Shown here one piece after another: positions 40,454 to 48,800 of a stretch of 56,173 nt of DNA. Source of the DNA: Calditrichia bacterium (GTDB lineage: Bacteria > Calditrichota > Calditrichia > RBG-13-44-9 > J075); contig JBOEGD010000020.1 in NCBI GenBank assembly GCA_050633245.1, positions 1 to 56,173 on the forward strand. The letters run 5' to 3'. The translations under genes and the position numbers were made by a program. A model generated the notes under the pieces. It was given only the letters and a program-made list of their open reading frames with translations, ran no database searches and was not told where the DNA came from. How positions within the stretch are numbered: the first letter of the stretch is position 1; every line of letters begins with the position of its first letter.

Positions 40454-41047
40454 ATGGGACTTTTTGGGCCACCGGACGTGTCACAGCTGAAAACAAAAAA
40501 GAATGTCAAGGGATTGATAAAAGCGCTTGAATACCAAAAGGATTGGCGAGTAAGAGAATTAGCTGCGCGTGCACTGGGCGAACTTGGAGCAGTGGAAGCT
40601 GTTGATGCACTCATTAATAAGCTGAAAGACTTCTCCGAGGTTGTTGAAAATACTGCTGCCGATGCACTTGTAGAAATCGGAAAACCTGCAATCGATGATT
40701 TGGTTTCGGCCTTAGCCGACCCGGATCGACGCGAATACGTTGCCCACGTGCTTGTTGATATAGGCGGTGATGCTATTCCTGCCTTAAGCGAAGTCGTCGA
40801 AAAAGGTTGGTTTATGAATGCGCGAAAATACGCCGCCTGGACACTGGGTAAAATTGGTGACTCCAGCGCTGTTGATGCGTTACTCAAAGGCGTACTTGAT
40901 GAAGATCCGCATGTAAGAAAAGCGGCGGCACAAGCGATGTTGGAAATTGGTGAGGAAGCCATTGAGCAGTTAAATGCCGCATTGAAAAACGACGATAAGA
41001 AAATCCGTCAGGCTGCTGAATGGGCGCTGAGTAGTTTTGAGGAATAA
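40454..41047 (+). CDS. HEAT repeat (PBS lyase-like) protein
   Basis: Repeated VR..AA.ALG.IG...AV..L units; N-terminal FGPPDV motif. Confidence 0.88.
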   Translation: MGLFGPPDVSQLKTKKNVKGLIKALEYQKDWRVRELAARALGELGAVEAVDALINKLKDFSEVVENTAADALVEIGKPAIDDLVSALADPDRREYVAHVLVDIGGDAIPALSEVVEKGWFMNARKYAAWTLGKIGDSSAVDALLKGVLDEDPHVRKAAAQAMLEIGEEAIEQLNAALKNDDKKIRQAAEWALSSFEE

Positions 41048-41055
41048 TTTTATTT

Positions 41056-41095
41056 GCATTTGTAGAGACGCAATGCATTCCGTCTCTACAAATGC
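41056..41095. repeat. 40-bp palindrome, GTAG-type REP-like element or bidirectional terminator
   Basis: GCATTTGTAGAGACG-CAATGCATTC-CGTCTCTACAAATGC: perfect 15-bp stem between convergent genes. Confidence 0.75.
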
Positions 41096-41109
41096 GCCGC
41101 TACAACAAT

Positions 41110-42156
41110 CTATTTTTTCTTCTTGAACAAATATGCTACGTCTTCTTTGCGAGCCCCTTTTGCATCCGCAACACAAAAACTTCCACCACTATAAATTCCC
41201 GCAGCGCCGAACTCCCCTTTTTTATTAACGGCATAAAACTTCACGTTGAAGTTTGGCTGACCGTTTTGCTCGCGCAGATTCGGTAGTAAGGTGTTGTCGG
41301 CAATACGCTGGCAGGTTGCCAGACAGGCATCGGTCGGCGATTTTCCCTGACGCATAAATTCCACAACCAAAAATGAACATAGGTTCTTCAGGTTGGCTTC
41401 ACCACGTCCAGTTGAACCCGCAGCACCAACTTTATTGTCCACATAAAGACCAGCACCTATGATTGGTGAATCTCCAACTCGGCCTGGAATCTTGAAAAAT
41501 AAACCGCTCGTCGTGGTCACACCGGCTAAGTCGCCATTGGTATCGACTGCGCAACAATTGATTGTGCCATAAACATCGCGATGATTTTGCAGCATTTCGC
41601 TGTATTCATCTTCAGGCCCAGGAAACCAGTCGTCCTTCTCATTTGTTGTCTCTTTCCATCTTAACCACAATTTTCGGGATCTTTCGGTCAGAAGATCTTC
41701 TTTCTTAAAGCCGTGTGCTCTGGCAAATCGATTGGCACCTTCACCTACAAGTAAAACGTGATCAGTGCGTTCCATTACCAGCTTTGCGACCTTGGACGGA
41801 TTTTTAATCCCTTCAATTGCCCCAACCGCACCGGCGTTGTGTGTCGGGCCGTGCATAACAGACGAGTCGAGTTGGACGATCCCATCCTCATTAGGCAAGC
41901 CACCATAGCCAACGGTAATGTCATCGGGATCGTCTTCCACTATGTTTACCCCGGCAATTACCGCATCGAGCGGATCGCTCTTTTGCTTCAGCATTTCCAT
42001 GGCTTTTTTTACGGCTTCTAATCCATTTCCGCTTGAAACGACAACGGGATGATCCGGCTTCATCGCGGCCTGCGCAGAAGAAAACTGTAGAGATGCCGGC
42101 AATAGTGCTAATCCAAAACCAGCAGCAGAACGTTTTAAGAATTGTCTTCTTTTCAT
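41110..42156 (-). CDS. Tat-exported Ntn hydrolase, glycosylasparaginase/isoaspartyl peptidase (asparaginase 2) family
   Basis: MKRRQFLK Tat motif at ATG 42156 (AGGAG RBS); VGYGGLP, G|TI autocleavage site, TTTSG, GRVGDSPIIGAG and STGRGE. Confidence 0.9.
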   Translation of the reverse strand: MKRRQFLKRSAAGFGLALLPASLQFSSAQAAMKPDHPVVVSSGNGLEAVKKAMEMLKQKSDPLDAVIAGVNIVEDDPDDITVGYGGLPNEDGIVQLDSSVMHGPTHNAGAVGAIEGIKNPSKVAKLVMERTDHVLLVGEGANRFARAHGFKKEDLLTERSRKLWLRWKETTNEKDDWFPGPEDEYSEMLQNHRDVYGTINCCAVDTNGDLAGVTTTSGLFFKIPGRVGDSPIIGAGLYVDNKVGAAGSTGRGEANLKNLCSFLVVEFMRQGKSPTDACLATCQRIADNTLLPNLREQNGQPNFNVKFYAVNKKGEFGAAGIYSGGSFCVADAKGARKEDVAYLFKKKK

Positions 42157-42811
42157 ACAAACTCCTAATGTAATGATTGATGATCTATAGTCGATGAGTA
42201 GGTTCTTCAGAATGCTGATCAGATGAAACTGCATATTAATTTAGATTACACATTTGTGTGCAGAAAGACAAGCAGCCGGAGGGTAAAACAGGTTTGTGTT
42301 TACATGATTTTCTTAGGGGAGCATTTTTATTTCTTCTATGGATCAGAAATAAATCTTTACTATATTTGCCCCGTCTTTGCAGTAAAAAACGAATTAAAAG
42401 TGATTTTCATTAATTTTTTAAGTCTGGCAAGCTGTTACTTTTATCCGTTGCGTTCGAATCACCGACATCGCATCTATTTAAACTTTTGCGAACGCGCCCA
42501 GATATAGTTTAAAAGAACCTTTTTTAGTCGCCTCATCTGTCCGCTTTCGCGGCCGGCAGAGCAATCTGCAATACTGATTCACTGAATATTGACAACCTTT
42601 CAAATAGATTTACCAGCGTGCAGTTTTTTTGCGCTTCAAATTGAATGATGTATTTCATCTATGGTATCTGATTTTACGCTTATTTAGGCGCTTCAGATGC
42701 CGATTCTTTTTAAGTTACCTCTTTGGTATTTATAGTATTCACTAAGCTGGATGAAAAGCATAGTGACATTGAGCTTACTACTATCATAATATTATACTAC
42801 GGGATTGCAGC

Positions 42812-45800
42812 ATGGATAAAGTAACGATTCAGAGTGGTCTTGAATTTTTGAAAGATTCGTCCGCCGCAAAACGGGTCGCTTCACAGCAAAATGCGATTGA
42901 ACTCTTACTCGAAAATTACAAGCGAACGGATGTGAACGAGCAGCTGTCTGGTGACGCCGCTTATAAGGAATTGCGTTCAAAGTTGAGTGAGGCTACGGCA
43001 ATTTTTACGCTTACAGCTGTTCAGAAGGAGATATATCACTCTGACTCAGGTACGGCGGTTGTCCCGACATTTTTGAAGAACCGTCTTTTGAATCTTCATT
43101 GTCGCTTCGTGGTAAGACCCGGGACTCTCGAAGATCTACAGCTGTTTGTGGCTTATGCGCACAGTGAAAAGATCCGCTACACGGTTCGAGGATCTGGTAG
43201 TTGGCCATTTGGTGGCTCTATTCCGATGAATAACGAGATTGTCGTCGATCTGTCATATCTCGATTTCCACCAGCTGGATACCGAATCGGCAACGCTGACA
43301 ATTGGTGCCGGTGCCGTGTTTTCCAAGATGCGCACTGCTCTGAAGAAAGATGGATATGCGCTAAAACAAGAAATTACGAACCCTCATTCCGGAACAATTT
43401 GCGGTTGGATTGTTACCGGTGGTTTGGGCCTGGGAACCTATAAATATGGACCGGTTAAAGAATCGGTTAAGAAATTGTTTTTGCTTACTCCGTTCGGAGA
43501 GTGGAAAACACTTACGCCATCAGATGATTTATTCGATGACATCTTCGATAGTGAAGGTCAAATCGGGATTATCGCCGGCGCGGAAATCAGCGTAAAGAAA
43601 ATGAGCTTCGTATCAAAGCCTTATGCTTTTTCCTTTGAGCATTCTCGTGAAGCGGCAGCATTTATTGAACAGATTGAAGAGTGGAAGTTAAGCCCGACTT
43701 CAATCTTGTATTTCGACAAAAACTATATTACTACGACCTACCAGATCCAAAAAGAAAAACATCAGCATGAGCTGGAAAAGGCGCTTGCCTCTGAAGATGA
43801 TTTACGTATCGCTCGTGAACGACAGCAAATGGAAACCGTTGCCCGCTTGCAAAATTTGAATCATGTCGTGGCCATGGAGTTCGATACACAAGAAGACTAT
43901 GAGCAAACGCTGAAATATCACTTTTTCAATTCCCGAGAAGACAAGAGTCGTTACCGGGATATTTCATTTCAACGGCAGCCCGTCGATGTGGCTCACAAGT
44001 TTTGGGATCACCGTTTTGCACCGGTTGAAATGAAATCCAAAGGTCCATCGATGCTGGTTAGCGAATGCGTTCTGCCATTTGATAAATTCGCTGAATACTG
44101 CGATTTCATCCAATCTGCTATTACCAACTGGACGAATAATCCGGTGAAGACCGAAGCTCATGTGCTTCCCGGTGGCAAGCTGTTAATTCAGTCTATTTTG
44201 CTGGCTGATATTGGAACCAGACGCCATAAAATTTATCTTGGATTGGTTCCTTTTATGATGCAGACGGCAATTAGCTTTGGTGGTCGTCCCTATGGAACGG
44301 GTATCTGGAACTTGCCCTTCCTAAAGGGATTACGTGCAAATGGCTATGAAGAGAAAATCAATAAGCTGACCGAGCTGAAAAAAGAACTCGACCCGAACGG
44401 ACTGGTCAACCAGTGTAAGTATGTGCATCCAACCGGAAGGAAGGTTGCACTGCGACTGTTTTCCGGAACGACTCCATTGATAAATATAGGTGTTCGCTTT
44501 CTTCGGCGTGGTTGGAAAAAAGACTCCGGCTTCTCTATCTACTCGCTGGGTAGAATGTTGTGGCGCGCAAATCGTGCGATCTTCCCATCGGTTATCCCGC
44601 CTAATATTGAAGTAGAACGTCATCCCATTATGGAAATTAATGATTCCTGTGCCGAGTGCGACAGCTGTGAGAAGGTTTGTCCTACCAGTGATGTGTTTGG
44701 TATGTGGGGATTGGCTACGCCAATTACCCGCCGAAAAACGGCAAACAGATTGGCCAAAGGCGAGCAGATTGATCAGGAAGAAGCACTTGGCTTTCTGGTG
44801 TGTACGCGCTGCGATAACTGTACGCGCGTTTGTCCGTCCGATCTTCCGCTGACCGATATGTTCGACATGGTAGAAGGTGATAAGGCCTTCCAGGATGCGC
44901 TTGGACTTAGTTTGGATCAGAAAAATGATTTTGTCGATCGCATGTGGGACATTATGAAAGAAAGCCCGCTTTATGTTGAGCATACCAAAGCGGAGCAAAA
45001 GGAAGATAAGTCTCACCTTCAGCACGGGCTCGAAATTAATTACAAACGCGGTTATGCTTACGCGAAGCTTTTTATTGACGAAGAGACCTGTATTAATTGT
45101 GGAATGTGTGCTCATGAGAATGCCTGTATTTACGGTGCGCGGGCAGGTAACCCGCGTGAGATGCCGGAACTGATTGACGAAAACTGTGCGCTTTGTAATG
45201 CCTGTATTAACTTTTGTCCGCAGAATAAAGCGGTGCAGATGGAACGCGACTATATTCAAGACCTAATCACAAACGCTGTGGATATGGATGAGCAGCAGTA
45301 TTGGGAAGAGAAAAAAGGCTTCCTTCGTGATACGACAACCATCCAGCCGTCGCCAGAGGTTAAGGCAAAGTCAGATGTTTATGTAACAGAAGTTATTCTA
45401 ACGGAAATTGATAAAGAGGCATCAACCGGCCAGATACCGGTTTCCGGAATGGGACAAGGCGACCGCCACATGGGCATTGGTTTCGATGCCGAACGCTTTT
45501 CACATTTCCATATTGTCGGTCCGGCGCAGAACCGTCTACACGAAGGTGATCCTGATGAAGAACTGTCGGTTATTCTCGGCAAGCGCCATCGCTACTGTAA
45601 GTTTGACGAAAAAGAACGTCTGGACTTCGACCCGTTTCCAAACATTAAGCTGATGTCTCCGATGCTGTATAACTCAGTGAGGCTGCATAGCAATGGCCGT
45701 GCAGAGCTGGCGTTTATTAAAGTAGCCGAAATTCAGAGTACGCTGGCGGTTATTAAGCTGAACCGGCTTCTGGAAAATTATGATTTCTTCCTCGAGGAAG

Positions 45801-48800
45801 GCAAGTACGATCGACTGCCGCCGGTTGTTGTACCGCGGGTCGATCATGAAATGATTGATCACCTGCGCGTCAATCCGAATATCCGACGCGAAATGCTGAT
45901 GGATCTCTGGCGCATGCCGATGTTCGAAATTACGCCTCATAAAGAGATGGAATCGACCGTCCAGTTTATTCGCGAGTCGGCAAAATCGCTACATGACAAG
46001 TCGCCGCTGATTTGTGGTTATCTGGAAGTGTCGGAATACGATATTGTCGGTGGAGAGATTCTTCCAAAGCTGAAAAAACGTTTGGAAGCGTTAATGGCGC
46101 TGGATATTGATGTGCTGCACGTTCACGGTTTGCGCAATAAGGATCAATACTTTGTAACTTCAGAAGCTGTGCGCACCATTCACCATTATCTATTGAGCTC
46201 TGGACGCAGACACGGTATTTCGCTGGTTGCTTCTGGTGGAATTCGCTTGGCGTCCGATAGCCAGAAAACAATTCAGCGTGGCGCCGAAGCAACGCTATTG
46301 GATTTTGCTGCCCTCCTGGCTCTGGATCCGAATGCCTATCGCGCAACGCTTCAGGATAAAACGACGACGGATAAGTTAATCAATCTGGATATTGATATCG
46401 CCGTTGAGCGTCTGAATAACCAGATTGAATCTCGTAAAGTTCAAATTCTGGAAGTACTGGGTGCGTCCGGTTTTAAAGACATTAAAAAGACGGTTGGTGA
46501 AGAAGGGCGTTTGATTGATTTTTATGAACTGGAAGAACGCGTTCAGAAAGATATTTTTGAGCACGAGGAAAAAGTAACCGTTCATGAAAAACTAAATATC
46601 GATCTGTTGAAGAAAGAACCGCTTCCACCCAAGTCTTCTCCATCCTATACTGAGCTTCGCGAGCGTCTTACCGATCTGCGTTCTCCGCACCACTTCTACA
46701 ATCTGAGTGATGAGAATAAGACTGTTTATCAGCGCGACCATGTTTGGCCGGGAGATCTTATTCAAACCGTCGGAAAAATGGCCGCTGGTGATCCTGAAAT
46801 GGGCTACCTGAAAAACGTTAAGGCCACCGGCCTGCTCGGTGACGGTTTTGATGTAATGAAGATTCTTTATCAACAGGATCCGGATAATATTCCTGAAGAA
46901 GAACTTAATCATATCAGCACGGCACTGCCTCTCGATAAAGATCTGGTGTTAAGTGCCCCGTGGATGTTTGGTGGAAAGTCGGTGGGGTCGATTGGTCTCG
47001 ATACCTGGCGTTCGCATGTTATTGCATCCCGCGAGTTGGGTATTCAGTACGACAGTGGTGAGGGTGGCTATCCTACCAGCTTCTTCCTGAATCGCAAAGG
47101 TGAGCCGATCTTTTTCGATGAGCCGGAAATGAAGCTGATTAAGAAACATTTTGAGCACGATACGCAACACACCTGTCAGGAAATTCGGGATATCCTTAGT
47201 AAGAATGGCATGACGAAAGACAAGTATCCGCGAATCTTTGAAGTACTGGAAGCGTATCCGGATTCGCAGCCATTTCTATATTATGAAGTTATTGGTGAGG
47301 CTGATGAGCCGTTTGTCTCAACCGAGATGAAAACAGGGCTTTTCGGAGTTACCAAAGAAACTATCAAAAAAGCACGCCGCGTTGTTATTGCATATAGCCA
47401 GGGCGCAAAGATGGGAATTGGTGGTCACATTCTCGCCGGTAAGGTAAACAAACTTGTGTCTTACCTGCGCGGTATTCAAGGAATGGAAGAGCTGAATACC
47501 GATCGCGTAAAGTCTTTGATTGAACGCATCGAGAGAATTGAAGCAAGTGCCGATCACCCATTAAAGGGAGAAACAAAAGAAATCTTTAGTGAATTGAAGC
47601 GAGCTCATGATGATGAAGAGGTTTATCCTGAACTAAAGACATTGCTCTGGAAAATTCAGCAGAAGACCTATGAACTGAATGAGGAAGGCAAACTCGATCA
47701 GCTGGATTTCGAATCTATCCTGCGAATGTGTGAGGAAGTAATCTCCTTCTCCTACAGCAGCGTGATTTCACCATTTCCATTCCACAACTGCTATTCTATT
47801 GAAGATGTAAAATCCTTCATCGATATGGTTCGCATGATTAACCCGGGGGCAGTTGTTTCGGTTAAGGTCTCACCATCGGTCGATATTGAGTTTATTGCCG
47901 CCGGTCTGGCACGCATTTCCCGCGACAATACGAATGAAGTGCTGAAGCGTAAAGTGAAAGAAGTTGAGTCGAATACGCTACAGCTATCTGATGAGCTTGC
48001 TGAGTACGCGCGAAAGTACGGTATGCAGATCGAGATTTGGTTGGACGGACCGCGTGGTGGAACCGGAGCTTCGCCGAACATAATTAAAGGTCAGATGGGA
48101 ATGCACATCGAATATGCCATCCCGCTAATCCACGATCGCCTGGTGCGCGATGGCTTGCGCAACAGCGTAAAATTTATTGTGAGTGGTGGAATTCGGACCT
48201 ATGAAGATGTTATCAAGGCCGTTGCTCTCGGAGCCGACGGCGTTATCTGGGGAACGGCTCCGCTGGTTGCTATTGGTTGCGATCGTAATCGTAACTGTCA
48301 CGACGGCTGCTCGCGCGGAATTGCAACCAGTAACCTGATTATGCAGAACCTGCGTAATGTAGATCTAAACTCAAAACAAATGATTAATGCCTTCCTGGTT
48401 ATGCAGATGCAGGTTATTCGCGCGCTTGCAGGATTAGGACTGAAAGATATTCGCGAGCTGCGTGGCCGTTTTGATAAGGTGCAGTGGATTGGTTTAAAAG
48501 AACGCGTCGATTTCCGTATTCGCCAGCGTCGCGAACACTCCAAGCATACGCGTGATATGATGAAGCCGGCGGCAGAGCTGGAACATCAGACCGGGCAGAC
48601 GAACTGTGGTGTGGCCGCGGTTATCGGAACGCATAATGTGCCGAGTTATATTTTGGATGAAGCGCTTTATGCTATGAAGAACCGCGGAATGGATGGTGTT
48701 GGTGTTGGTAAAACTTTATGCTTTCCGGAGTTTCCACATCATTATGCCTACCGCGTTATGGTGAAGGGAAAGCTGCAGCTGGAGATGGAAGAACATCTGC

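Noticed and set aside
40438-40962. 174-aa minus-strand ORF and similar shadow ORFs (e.g. 44330-45259, 55021-55548)
   Set aside because: Antisense to strongly supported genes and without recognisable motifs.
42446-42500. Glutamine (glnA) riboswitch upstream of the glutamate-synthase-like gene
   Set aside because: A GCGTTCG/CGAACGC stem is present, but the conserved GGAAGTA/GAAG core is missing.
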